DNA from: the human T2T-CHM13v2.0 reference genome, Homo sapiens
Strand: one strand, 5' to 3'
DNA: 64,000 nucleotides
Assembly (NCBI RefSeq): GCF_009914755.1
Contig: NC_060928.1
Shown here: in pieces, positions 13,400 through 29,514 of the stretch
How the letters are laid out: each line of letters begins with the position of its first letter
How positions within the stretch are numbered: the first letter of the stretch is position 1
Made by a program: the position numbers and the translations under genes
Notes under the pieces: model-generated
Seen by the model: the letters and a program-made list of their open reading frames with translations, nothing else
The model's database searches: none
What the model was told of the DNA's origin: nothing

Positions 13400-14213
13400 T
13401 TTCAGTGGTTTTATTAGATACTGATACCCAAGTTATAATACTGCCTGGTTCCCTGGCAGGTGAGAGTGCCCAAATCCAGCTGATGGGGTTTAGACAATGT
13501 TCACAGTAGGGAAAGAAGCTAAATGGACCTTGTGGGCTGCTTCATTGGACCAATTTAATGTACCATTTTTACTTATTTTACAACTGATTTATAACCAATT
13601 TCACAACAAAATTTATAATAGGAATTTATATGTTAGATGCTTATACATTTCTACAAATTGGCAGATTCTAGGGCACTGAACTGTGGAAATAAATTGCTAT
13701 CCCTTATAGAAACATCTTGGTCCTTCATGTAGATGCCATATTAAGGGTCATTCACTCATAAGATAGTAATTGAGCTGGAGATTGACCTCGCACCACTCAG
13801 ACTGCTACCATTGCTAACTGTGTCCATCAATATATCATACATTTTCTGACTTGCTTTTGAGGCAAGGAAGGCTACATGGCATTGAGTTCTGACGACTCCT
13901 GGAAAGCTCTAGTGGGATAACACTTCTTGAGGCTATCAGTGCTGTCCCACCACCATTGATCCATTTTTAGGTTGCAGTGTTACGGTTTAAATTCTATCAG
14001 CCCACTGCGGCTACACTATTGTGGCCTTTGGAACGAAAGTCTTACATTTTTAGTTTTTAGAACCAGAAATATTGACAGTCTGACAATGGAATATCTTCTA
14101 TCATGAAACCCACTCTACAACACCTTGATAATCAAGATAGACTTCAATAGACTTTCCTTATGCCAAACTATCTGTAGAAATCAGGTTGTGCTGAAAATTG
14201 GAATGTCCTTCTT
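13400..14213 (+). mobile_element. Decayed class III (ERVL-type) ERV internal region: protease, RNase H C-terminal part and integrase core
   Basis: Hand translation gives LLDTDTQVIILPG (13411-13449) and FIIGIYML (13612-13635) for protease; NWQILG (13656-13673) and HVDA (from 13726) for RNase H; GYQCCPTTIDPFLG (13931-13972), QSDNG (14076-14090) and SGCAENWNVLLK (14181-14216) for integrase. 5' boundary uncertain. Confidence 0.75.
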
Positions 14214-14613
14214 AAAAAAATCAGTTCGAGATGTAGATCGGGCAGCAAAGATGGCCAAATAGGAACAGCTCTGGTCTACAGCTCCCAGCGCGAGCAACAC
14301 AGAAGACGAGTGATTTCTGCATTTCCATCTGAGGTACTGGGTTCATCTCACTAGGGAGTGCCAGACAGTGGGCGCAGGACAGTGGGTGCAGCGCACAGTG
14401 CGTGAGCTGAAGCAGGGCGAGGCATTGCCTCACTTGGGAAGTGCAAGGGGTCAGGGAGTTCCCTTTCCTAGTCAAAGAAAGGGGTGACAGACAGCACCTG
14501 GAAAATCGGATTACTCCCACCCGAATACTGCTCTTTTCCGACGGGCTTAAAAAATGGTGCACCAGGAGATTATATCCCGCACCTGGCTCGGGGGATCCTA
14601 TGCCCACGGAGTC

Positions 14614-14688
14614 TCACTGATTGCTAGCACAGCAGTCTGAGATTAAACTGCAAGGCAACAGCGAGGCTGGGGGAGGGGCGGCCGCCAT
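14614..14688 (-). pseudogene. L1 ORF0, truncated by a nonsense change at codon 25
   Basis: ATG at 14688 reads MAAAPPPASLLPCSLISDCCASNQ then TGA at 14614-14616 (CGA in intact copies); the frame resumes ORF0-like as VGIGSPEPGAGY. Confidence 0.75.
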
Positions 14689-15271
14689 TGCCCAGGCTTG
14701 CTTAGGTAAACAAAGCAGCCAGGAAGCTCGAACTGGGTGGAGCCCACCACAGCTCAAGGAGGCCAGCCTGCCTCTGTAGGCTCCACCTCTGGGGGCAGGG
14801 CACAGACAAACAAAAAGACAGCAGTAAGCTCTGCAGACTTAAATGTCCCTGTCTGACAGCTTTGAAGAGAGCAGTGGTTCTCCCAGCACGCAGCTGGAGA
14901 TCTGAGAACTGGCAGACTGCCTCCTCAAGTGGGTCCCTGACCCCTGACACCCGAGCAGCCTAACTGGGAGGCACCCCCCAGTAGGGACAGACTGACACCT
15001 CATAAGGCCGGGTACTCCTCTGAGACAAAACTTCCAGAGGAACAATCAGACAGCAGCATTCGCGGTTCACGAAAATCCGCTATTCTGCAGCCACCGCTGC
15101 TGATATCCAGGCAAACAGGGTCTGGAGTGGACCTCTAGCAAACTCCAACAGACCTGCAGCTGAGGGTCCTGTCTGTTAGAAGGAAAACTAACAAACAGAA
15201 AGGACATCCACACCAAAAACCCATCTGTACATCACCATCATCAAAGACCAAAAGTAGATAAAACCACAAAG

Positions 15272-16288
15272 ATGGGGAAAAAACAGAGCAGAAAAACTGG
15301 AAACTCTAAAAAGCAGAGTGCCTCTCCTCCTCCAAAGGAACGCAGTTCCTCACCAGCAATGGAACAAAGCTGGATGGAGAATGACTTTGACGAGTTGAGA
15401 GAAGAAGGCTTCAGACGATCAAACTACTCCAAGCTACAGGAGGAAATTCAAACCAAAGGCAAAGAAGTTAAAAACTTTGAAAAAAATTTAGACAAATGTA
15501 TAACTAGAATAACCAAATACAGAGAAGTGCTTAAAGGAGCTGATGGACCTGAAAGACAAGGCTCGAGAACTACGTGAAGAATGCAGAAGCCTCAGGAGCT
15601 GATGCGATCAACTGGAAGAAAGGGTATCAGGATGGAAGATGAAATGAATGAAATGAAGTGAGAAGGGAAGTTTAGAGAAAAAAGAATAAAAAGAAATGAA
15701 CAAAGCCTCCAAGAAATATGGGACTATGTGAACAGACCAAATCTACATCTGATTGGTGTACCTGAAAGTGACGGGGAGAATGGAACCAAGTTGGAAAACA
15801 CTCTGCAGGATATTATCCAGGATCACTTCCCCAACCTAGCAAGGCAGGCCAACATTCAGATTCAGGAAATACAGAGAACGCCACAAAGATACTCCTTGAG
15901 AAGAGCAACTCCAAGACACATAATTGTCAGATTCACCAAAGTTGAAATGAAGGAAAAAATGTTAAGGGCAGCCAGAGAGAAAGGTTGGGTTACCCACAAA
16001 GGGAAGCCCAACAGACTAACAGCGGATCTCTCAGCAGAAACTCTACAAGCCAGAAGAGAGTGGGGGCCAATATTCAACATTCTTAAAGAAAAGAATTTTC
16101 AACCCAGAATTTCATATCCAGCCAAACTAAGCTTCATAAGTGAAGGAGAAATAAAATACTTTACAGACAAGCAAATGCTGAGAGATTTTGTCACCACCAG
16201 GCCTGCCCTAAAAGAGCTCCTGAAGGAAGCACTAAACATGGAAAGGAACAACCGGTACCAGCCGCTGCAAAATCATGCAAAAATGTAA
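15272..16288 (+). pseudogene. L1 ORF1p, disrupted
   Basis: MGKKQSRKTGNSK start and ...QPLQNHAKM end; frameshift near 15516 plus CGA>TGA changes near 15600 and 15660. Confidence 0.92.
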
Positions 16289-16351
16289 AGACCATCGACA
16301 CTAGGAAGAAACTGCATCAACTAATGAGCAAAATCACCAGCTAACATCATA

Positions 16352-20179
<3,828 letters not shown>

Positions 20180-20423
20180 ACAATGAGAACACATGGACAC
20201 AGGAAGGGGAACATCACACTCTGGGGACTGTTGTGGGGGGGGGAGGGTGGAGGGATAGCATTAGGAGATATACCTAATGCTAAATGACAAGTTAATGGGT
20301 GCAGCACACCAGCATGGCACATGTATACATATGTAACTAAGCTGCACATTGTGCACATGTACCCTAAAACTTAAAGTATAATAATAATAAAATAAAATAA
20401 AAAAATAAAAAAAATCAATTCGA

Positions 20424-21943
20424 AAGGATTCTGAGTCTATATCCCTCAAAACCTCTCAGTCCCCAGCTTTTAGCAAGAGAGTTCAGTGGTTATCCCCAGA
20501 AAGTGGCTATCTCATTTGGCTACTTCCTGGGTAATCATCAGGACAAAAAGAGTGGGTTACATAGATCTATTATGAACAGTTGGCATTCTACCCTGTTCAT
20601 TCTTGATCATGATACCTTTTCTTTTCCCTAATGTCATCACCATGCTGTCTTTCAGAATCATCATGATGAAAAAAAACTCCTTGGTGTGCGTCTCCCTAAC
20701 TGTGGAAAGTGCTTTCAATTTAAGTGACAGCAGAGTCTTTCATCCTCTACCACATGGAAATATGACCACGATTTGAATGCTGCTTTCCTAAAATTCACTG
20801 TGAAGTCAACTGGAAAACAGCAGAGGACGCCCTCAGTTCCTGCATATCCCATGCAAAATAACTGTCAGCACCTTGGGATGTTTCTCGCACTCCACTTTCC
20901 ACAGATATTATTCAGTTATTTCATGTAGTAGATGAATGCCACCTTGCTGTTGGCACAGACAAAATACTGTAAGTTGTAGTGACGTGTCAGGCAATCCCTC
21001 AAGAAACATTCTATTTGAACTGAATTGGGAATTCTAAAATGTGCCAGCTAGCTGGGAGGACACATCATAGGCACTATCAACCTGTGACCCTCATGATATA
21101 AGCCCCATGTGGGGCACAAAATTTGTAATTATACTTTTCTCTGTGGATACTATGTAGATCTGTGAGATTGCACTTCTGCTTACAAGCCAGGCATTAACTT
21201 GACTACCCTCTGAAGACATGGTAACTTGCCCTTTATGAATGACCATAAAATATCTTCAAGTATTTAACAAAATTACATCAGTATAACACGTAGCTTTCAA
21301 ATAACTATGGAGAGTTCCCTGAAATGAGGCAACCCTTTGGTGATTTTTCCAGAGGTAAGTGACTTATTCATGTGAAACCTGTATACAATTATCCCTATAA
21401 TGGAAGTCATACAATTTGAAACGGTAATATGAAATTTGCTCCTGATTTTGTCTGAAGTAACCAGTAACACTATTTCGGCCCTGAAAGATATTCAGGCTTC
21501 ACTTCACTGTCCAAAGTTGTTATGGAAGAAATAATTACTCTATACTTTGTGCTTGAAAACCAAGACAGTTTCTGTGCAATCTCAAATATATTCTATTGCA
21601 CTTGGATTAGTGCCTCAGGCCAGGTGGAAAGGTCAATATGGGAAAAAATAAAAATAAAAAGAAATTCATTCTTCATCTCAGGTAGACCCTGATGCTTTTA
21701 AGGAGTTGTTGAGTTGGTTGGGTCTAGAACCCTGGTATACAAGGTTGAAAGTTATACCATAGGTTTACTTCATCCTGTTACTTGAAGTCCTGTTGATAGT
21801 AGCCTTTCTACCAACAATAAATATGGGACAAATTGAGCAGCCTCAATTTTCTCCCTGCTTCTGTTGCTTAGAATGGCCAACAGAGTGGTATACTCCTAGG
21901 AAAATTTGCCAAAATACAAGATAGTGTAGAAATAAGAGGTGGA
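20424..21943 (+). mobile_element. Continuation of the class III ERV internal region with a decayed env (SU and TM) and polypurine tract
   Basis: NLSDSRVFHPLP (20717-20752, decayed CWVC), YTFLCG (21130-21147), heptad NLLLILSEVTSNTISALKDIQASL, SLSKVVMEEIITLYFVLENQDSFCAISNIFYCTWISASGQVERSI (21504-21638), and PPT-like aagaggtgga before the LTR. Confidence 0.75.
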
Positions 21944-22397
21944 TATTAATAGGGAACAATTCTCCATGGTTCTTTTGTGTTTCTGTATGATTTACGAGCA
22001 GAATCACTGACTTTCTTTTTTTTTTTTCAGATTGTCTTTTCTAAGATGGTTTCATGGTAAACAGTCTGGAAAGATTGATGGTGTCTCCATCTAAAGAAAG
22101 AGCAAATATTTTTACTATTCCTTATAAAAGATCTGTGTTCCCTAAACTTAGGTTTCCCTCTCTTAATGCAACATACTGAATAGATAGGTGTCATCTGGCT
22201 CTCTTCACATGGCCTTTTGAAAATTGTGCTTGAGGAACTGACACAAGAAAATGTTTATATTCTGGCTCCCATTGTTGTTGTGAGTGATGAAGTCCTTTGT
22301 CTCTGACTCAGAAGTCTCATGTCTCCTGGCAGTATCCATGCTAACTTGGTAGTTTGTAAGTAGGGTAAAAATATCAAAGTCTTCACAGTTCTTGACA
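21944..22397 (+). mobile_element. LTR40-type ERVL LTR (3' LTR of the provirus)
   Basis: Starts 'tagggaacaattctccatggttcttttgtgtttctg...gagcagaatcactgac', contains 'cttataaaag', ends 'cacagttcttgaca'. Confidence 0.75.
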
Positions 22398-25249
22398 CTG
22401 AACAAATAAATGAATGAATTAAGGATAATCTCTCATGTTTAGAGCAGAAATCTCATGACTTTGAAAGAAGATCACGTTTATTTTACAGGTATTATTTTCT
22501 CTTTCTTCAGCATTACTGGTATATCTCCACATCCTCATACTACACTTGGCAGTACTCCTCTATCCTCAGTTATGGAAGTAGTAATGGACTTAAGGTTTTA
22601 TCAGTAACGCAGGAAGCTGCCTGGTGTGCAGCCTATTATCCCTCTTTATTTTGTAAGTTCCCCATGTCACAAGTTTCACTAGGTTTCTTTAGCTTCCTTT
22701 GTTGCTATTGCTCTTAGTAAAATTATCTTTAGTCTGACAACAAAATTAAAAACAAATTGGATTTAGAGAACATTCTTGGCATTTTCTACTTCATCAAAAA
22801 CTTACATTAGAGCAGTCAAATATGATGTTTAGGTGTCTACAACAATCTCAGAGAAAGACTTGAAAGTCTCCATAACATTCTTGTTTTATGGTATCTGGAA
22901 CACTTCATTTCAGTCTCTAAAGCCACATATCTGCTAATAAGCCTTATAAAAATTCTGGACTTTTGCAATCTGATGACATAAAAGAATGTCTGGCCAGCTT
23001 ATCCTATCTCCTTCCTAGCACTGATAGCAAATGATCCCTTGGTGAATGGGGTACAATCCAGGATTGACTGGAATCCTTCCGTTAGCTCTATCATTGCCTA
23101 CATGTCACTTGTTTCTTTTCCCAGGAATGAGACATTGGAATGTCTTTAATGTCTGTAGTCTTAGCATTACTCATCCTGGGCTCCCTCTCCTAATATGTCA
23201 TGCAGAAAATTTGCTTTATGGCTCATCCTAATAAACTTAAACTAAAAGGTACAGTCTTGGCTGGCTTTCTAGTTAAAATCTAGTTAGAAAATCCTTTTTT
23301 AAAATCTATGTAACTACAACTGTCCTAGTGCTAAGGTATCTGCTTTTTTAGATTCCTCTTTCCTAAAGCGTCAGGGATCATACTTTCTAAGGCTAAATCT
23401 ACACCTCATCCTATGCATCATTATTGTAATAGTTTCTAACAATTGTAATAAGATTCAGGGCAATCACTTACTGCATCAGAGTTTAACAATCCCAAAAGAG
23501 AGACTGGACAAATACCAGCCTGCCTTTATGTCATACAAAGTCTGCAACTATGTGCAAATCCAGTATATTACCAGAAAAAAATGCAGTCTTGTCTATAACC
23601 AATGATAATTGCCTTTCAGGAAACATGGAGTCGGTCTCAGAAGGAAAGCCAGAAGTTGACTTTCTCACTGATCTCTCTCTCTTATGCCTTATCTATCTCT
23701 ATTTCTTCAGAATCCCTGGTTTATCCTGTACAACTGTTTGTCAGGGCCAGAAAAACCCATTGTGCCTGGATCCTGATATTCCTCCAGGAGGAACACATGT
23801 AAAACAAAACAAATTTTTTCATGCTAATGTTGATTTACTCTTAATATTATAATATTTTTTAGACTAACACAATGTTTCTTCATTGTTAAAGACTCCACCC
23901 TACCGGGGTGAGGATGGGAAGAACAAAATCCTAAAGAGATATAGAACCTGGGCCAACCACACAGTCATTGGGATAATGATAGATAAAGGCCTGAATTAAG
24001 GCAGTAGCAATGGGAAATAAAATAATTGGGTTGCATATGCAAGAATTCAAACTGGTATATAATCTGAAGTTATAATTTGCTTCCTAAAATTACGCTGCTA
24101 AAGTTGTAGTATTTAACTAATAAGAGCAACAACCTAATGAACATCATCTATGTCCCAAACACTGTAATATAAAGTATTAAACACAGAGTAAGTACTCATA
24201 CAGCACTATTAAAACAGTATTATATTGTTATATCAGTTTTACATAGTGATGCCTACTCATTTCTGGCAACAATCTTAAAGAGGAGATTTTAGTGTAACTG
24301 TTTTTGATTTGGACTTTAGACTCAGAAACTTTAACTTGTCCAAGTAATCAGAATATTTAAAAAAGGTGAGTATTTTAGTCTATGTCTCTCTAATTTCCAA
24401 AATCATGCTTTCATACTCATGCTTTTGTTTATACTGCATTCACTTTAAGAATACCTTTGATGGCTCAGTGAACATGTCTTTCTATTTTTTAACAATATCT
24501 AAGCTGCTTGAGCAGACATTTTTACAACAAAGCCAATATAATCAAAGTTTCAAGTAATTTTCATAGTTTCTGCCACAATTCTGATTTGTATTCCCACTTG
24601 TTGACTCAATCCAGTTGTCATTTACAATGTCCTGTATTTATTCTTTATACCTTTATTCTCAGCATTTCTCTAATTTATCTTCCTCTTATATCTTGACAAC
24701 ACATCTCTCCCTCTCCTCAGATAGCTAATTAAAAATTTGCAAGACTAAATAATATGAGTTCCCAATAGACAGTGTGTCAAGGAGACATTAGAGGCCATGG
24801 ATGAGGTGTAGGGAAATGCTGGGAAGACATGCCACTTTGATAGACAGGCATTTTGAGCTAATAAAGTCCTTAGAGATCTCCCTGACCCTTTGGAATGCAC
24901 ATATGGATACAGCTGAAATCCTCTCCAGCTGTTCTGTTCCCAGAAGAGATATGGGCTAACTTTAGATGACCCACAAAAAGCCCTCTACTCAGGAAAATTT
25001 CAGAGGAGATGATCCAGAAGGAGAAAGAGTGTGAGGGAAGAAAAATTTAGAACAAATGGGCATGTTCCAGAAATATAATAAATGGACATGAAATATTTTA
25101 GAAGAACTTGAGGAAAAAGGTTGTTTCTGTAGTGATGTAAGGCTAATCATGTTTATGAACTTCTCTGGGATTTTTTTTGCATTTGTGAAAAGGAAATTAT
25201 GACACCTATATTAATGTAGAATTACCTGGTATAATTATGAAAGCCAACA

Positions 25250-25450
25250 ATTACTGAATACTTACTAGGAACCATACTGTCTTATAAGCACATTACATAA
25301 ATTATCTCATTTAATGTTTTATAAAATAATATATGGTAAATACTATTACTAGCTCCATTTCCAGATGCAGGTAGTGAGGTTCAGAGAGTTTGAATAACCT
25401 GCCTTAAGTTATATGGATAACCTCAACAGTCTTACTCCAGGGTCAGTTCT
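25250..25450 (-). mobile_element. MIR
   Basis: 'attatctcatttaat...ctccatttccagatgcaggtagtgaggttcagagagtttgaataacctgcc'. Confidence 0.75.
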
Positions 25451-25524
25451 CTGCTCAGCATCATTGGTGAGAAATGTCATAGCAGTTAACCTTTCACTTC
25501 AGACACTGCTGATCAGCCATTCGT

Positions 25525-25930
25525 TTTTGTTTTACTTTATTTTATTTTATTTTATTTTATTTTATTTTATTTTATTTTATTTTATTTTATTTTTTCTCAC
25601 AAGGGAATTGATCTTAAGGGAATTCCTTTGTGGGAGGCTAAAGAGTGGACTCCAGGGTCCCACTCTATCACCCAGGCTAGAGCCAGTGCAGTGGCACAAT
25701 CATGGCTCACTGCTGCCTCACCTAGGCTCAAATGATTCTCCCACCTCAGCCTCCTGAGTAGCTGGGATTACAAGCACATGCCACCACACCTATTTGTTTC
25801 TTTTTATTTTTGTAGAGATGAGGTCTCTCTATGTTGTGCAGGTTGGTTTGGAATTCCTGGCTTTAACCGACCCTTCCCTCTTGGCCTCCCAAAATGTTGG
25901 GATCGAAGGTGTAAACCATTGCACCTGGCC
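25525..25930 (-). mobile_element. AluJ with (TTTTA)n tail and a non-Alu insert between tail and body
   Basis: Tail 25525-25594, insert 25595-25651, Alu body 25652-25930. Confidence 0.88.
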
Positions 25931-28900
25931 TGATTGGCCATTCTTAATGGCTATTTCTGGAGAGGTAGGGCAGTGATAATGTCCATTGTGCCCCTGGTTC
26001 TTTTACACTTTAACCAGTATTAGCTAACAGGCTCTGACACAGAACCTACCTAGTTTACTTACCTATTTGCCTTCTACCCTCTCTCTGGTTTTTAAACCCT
26101 CTTTAATATTCTGACACCCATTATTTGACTGGGGTCTTCTTTCTTACACTGGAGAGCCACTGAATTTTTGCCCTGGTCTTAAGGACACCAGGTTTCCTTC
26201 TCTAAGGGCCATCCTCTCTGCCCTTTGCCCATCTAACTCTCTTCAGCTCAATATTCATTGCTCTCTACTTCCTGAGTTTCAATTTTATCTACATTATCTT
26301 CATCCCCCTTGCCCACCCCAATAAACAATGCAAACTATAAACATGCAAACAATAATGCAAAAAATAATGCAAACAATAAACACTGCCAGGCCAGACATTC
26401 AGGTCCTCTTACAGCACAGCAGAAATGGGTAGTTAGAAGATTTACAGACAGACACAATTTCAGTTGGCAGACATTCTAAGCAGTGACAACTTTTTTTTAA
26501 TTAAACGAGAGTATTGATTTTTTTATGTCGTGTGCATTTTAAAATGTCATCAACAACCCTCCATCTCCTCTTTCACTGATGTATTTTGTCTTTAAAAGCA
26601 TTTCAACCTCTTACTTTTCCTCTTGAAAACTGCACTTTATTTTATCTTCCTTTATTGATTATTAGTAGGTACTTTTTGTTTTATTGATACTTTAATCCTT
26701 TTATGACCATTAGAGTATTTGTTTTAAATTGTTCTTTATTTCTACTCACTTAAACAAACAAACTAACAAACAATAATATGCATTACCTGATCATTGACTT
26801 ACCTCACTCATCCTGTATGCCACAGTTTCATTTGTGAAGACGTAAAACCCTTCTAGTAACTCAGCTCAAAGAGAAATTCTCTAATGGTTCCTATCACATT
26901 TTTATTTTGCTAACAATCATAAAATTACCTATCCTTTCTCTATTTCTGAACTATGTTTTGTATCTTATTTAAGTGCTTTTTGCAATAAGAATTCATTTAG
27001 CTGTTATGAAGCTCAAAAATTCTACAAAAAAGCACAATTTTGGAAATCGTAGTCTAATTATTGCAATTGATATTTGCCCTTTTTTAGCATTAAATAGTGA
27101 TGAGATTTTTCTTCTTAGAAATATTAATTAATCATTATGACTTATTAATTGAGAGTAGAACAAGATAAAAATGGGGCTTATCATAAGAAGCAAATTTAGA
27201 TGAACAAGAGATTTTAGCTTGAAAAACAGGAGATTAATGGGTAATTTTACAATTGTCTTGAGAAATAAGTTTCGACTTAATATCTTGGTGTTAAAGGACA
27301 GAACTAACAACTGTTATATGAGGAACATTATAGCATAATTTGAGAAACCACTAAAAATTAGAAGAGTTTAAAAATGAAAATTAGCTGATTTTTTGTAGTA
27401 AGTTTAAATATTTGAGCCGTATAAACATATAGCAGAAGTATGACAAAGGGAAAACCTTTGTGGGAGGCTAAATAGATATTCTTTGAGATTGATTCCTACT
27501 TTATTATTCATGACATATTTTACAATGTCGTAGAGGCATGATATGAAATAATTAGAATCGACCAAAATCTGTGGAAGTTTAAACTGTGTACAGGGATGAT
27601 TCATTTCTACATGATGTTTTGAATAGTTGCAGTAGAAAGATATTTTTAAGAATGTTCAGTATGTAATCAGCACATATTGTTTTTTGTTGTTAATTATACC
27701 TACTTATCTGTTTATGTCTTTTTAGTAAAGATTAGCTATAGATGCATATTCATAATTTTCCTTAAAATATCTATAAAAACAATAGCATTAATAACTATCG
27801 TTAAAATTAAAATATGGTAGCAAAATTTTATTTCTACTTTTTCTTCATTTTCAGGTATACCAGGAAGGAATATCAACATCTATAATTCTCAGAACCTGCA
27901 TTTAAATATCTTCAGATTACTTGAGTAAATATTCTTGATTTTTGCAAGGACAATTAGTATATTTCTTCTCTCAAGTATAGATTCTGGATTTAGAAGAACA
28001 AAAGTCTTCCAAAATGTATATGCACTTTTTGCATTCATGGATATTTGTGTGTTATAGAGCTATGTTTGTGTGTATATTTTTACATTGAACAGGGTAAAAA
28101 ATAGGAAATATACAACTGTACCTGAATGTCAAATCCCCTGTTATTTGAGGATATGCTATTTAAAGTGATTTTTAACACATATGTAAAGTAATCAACTCAG
28201 GAGTGCTTCTAACAATGTTTGGTACTTGTCAAGAATTGTATTAAATACTGGAAAATAATGATGCTAGACACAATTCTTACCCACAGGTACATATAGCCTA
28301 GTGAAAGGAGGGAAACAGACATAAATATCTAAATAAATAAGTTATAATAAAATATTAATTAATATTTCTTAATTAGTAGTACTTATCACCCATTCACAGA
28401 TGGTTTAATATGCTTCCATTTGTATTTGTCTATTGTGATCATCAGTGCTTAATTGAGTAACCTTGGCAAAGTAGATGTCTAAGTAAAATTATTTATTAAA
28501 TGACCAGCTAAGTTATTCAAGTTGTACCTTTTTTTATATTCAGCAAAGCTGATAAAGAGTATTAGTGAATAAAAATAAATAAATAATGTAGTTTGATCAG
28601 TTAATGTGTTGCAAAGTATTGGTAAAAACAGGTTTCTTAAGGAGGACACTTAGATTTGCCTATAAAAATTTTTGTTCTGCAATACTAAATTAGTCCCATA
28701 AGCTACAATGTAGTACAGTATTAATTGAAAAGAATTTTGAGCAGTTTATCTTACATAGAATAAGAAAATGAAAGCTTATCTGTAGCAAAGAAACATGAAT
28801 GGATTTAACTTACAGTAGCTAACTCTGGCTGAGAAACAAACAACAAATTCCAAATATTATTCTTTCTATTGCCATGGAAATCTATTATCCTCCAGCACCT

Positions 28901-29374
28901 TTCCCCAATTCACTCTGTTGAAATTGTCTCTTCATAGCCCTCTGATATTTATTTTATAAAAAGATTGAAGATTCCAAACATTGACAGAAACATAAAAAGT
29001 TAAAAATAACTTATATGAGGGGTGATGAAATTGTGGCAACAAAAATTTGTGACTTCCCAAGCAATTTAATTAAAAATGTGTTTTGTTTTCCCTGAATGAT
29101 AAACTGTTAGGTCAAAAAAGCAGGCTTCAAAATGTCCACAAAATAGCAGGGATTGTTGTATTAATTTATTTTCTCTCAATTGCTGACTCTCGTACATTAA
29201 CTAATTTAACTATTCAGCTCTTATCAGAAACAAATAAGTATATTCAAGATTTTGAATATGCTTTGTTGCCAATAGGTAGCTTTTTATGGCAGGAGAAAAA
29301 AAAGAAGACATGGTGTTTTGGAGGTTCATTTCAGAAGTTAAAGGACTTGAAACCCTAAAAGTTCTTAAAAGTTC

Positions 29375-29514
29375 TTAGTCTGAAACTCAGCTCAACACTT
29401 GTGAGCTATGTAACCATTGGGAAGTCACTTTACTTTTGTAAGCCTCACATTCCTAATTTGTAAAATTAGGTTAGTGTCAGCCCTTCCTATCTCACGCACT
29501 ATGTTTGGCATATA
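29375..29514 (+). mobile_element. MIR fragment (left arm of a local inverted duplication)
   Basis: 'acttgtgagctatgtaaccattgggaagtcactttac...agcctcacattcctaatttgtaaaat' MIR core. Confidence 0.75.

Noticed and set aside
14221-14607. 128-aa minus ORF in the L1 5' UTR
   Set aside because: Downstream remainder of ORF0 after the premature stop, starting at GTG; not a separate gene
20580-20630. Possible second integrase FGxP..SD motif
   Set aside because: Needs frameshifts to read, and the real SDNG motif is at 14076-14090; this stretch fits better as the IN-env junction
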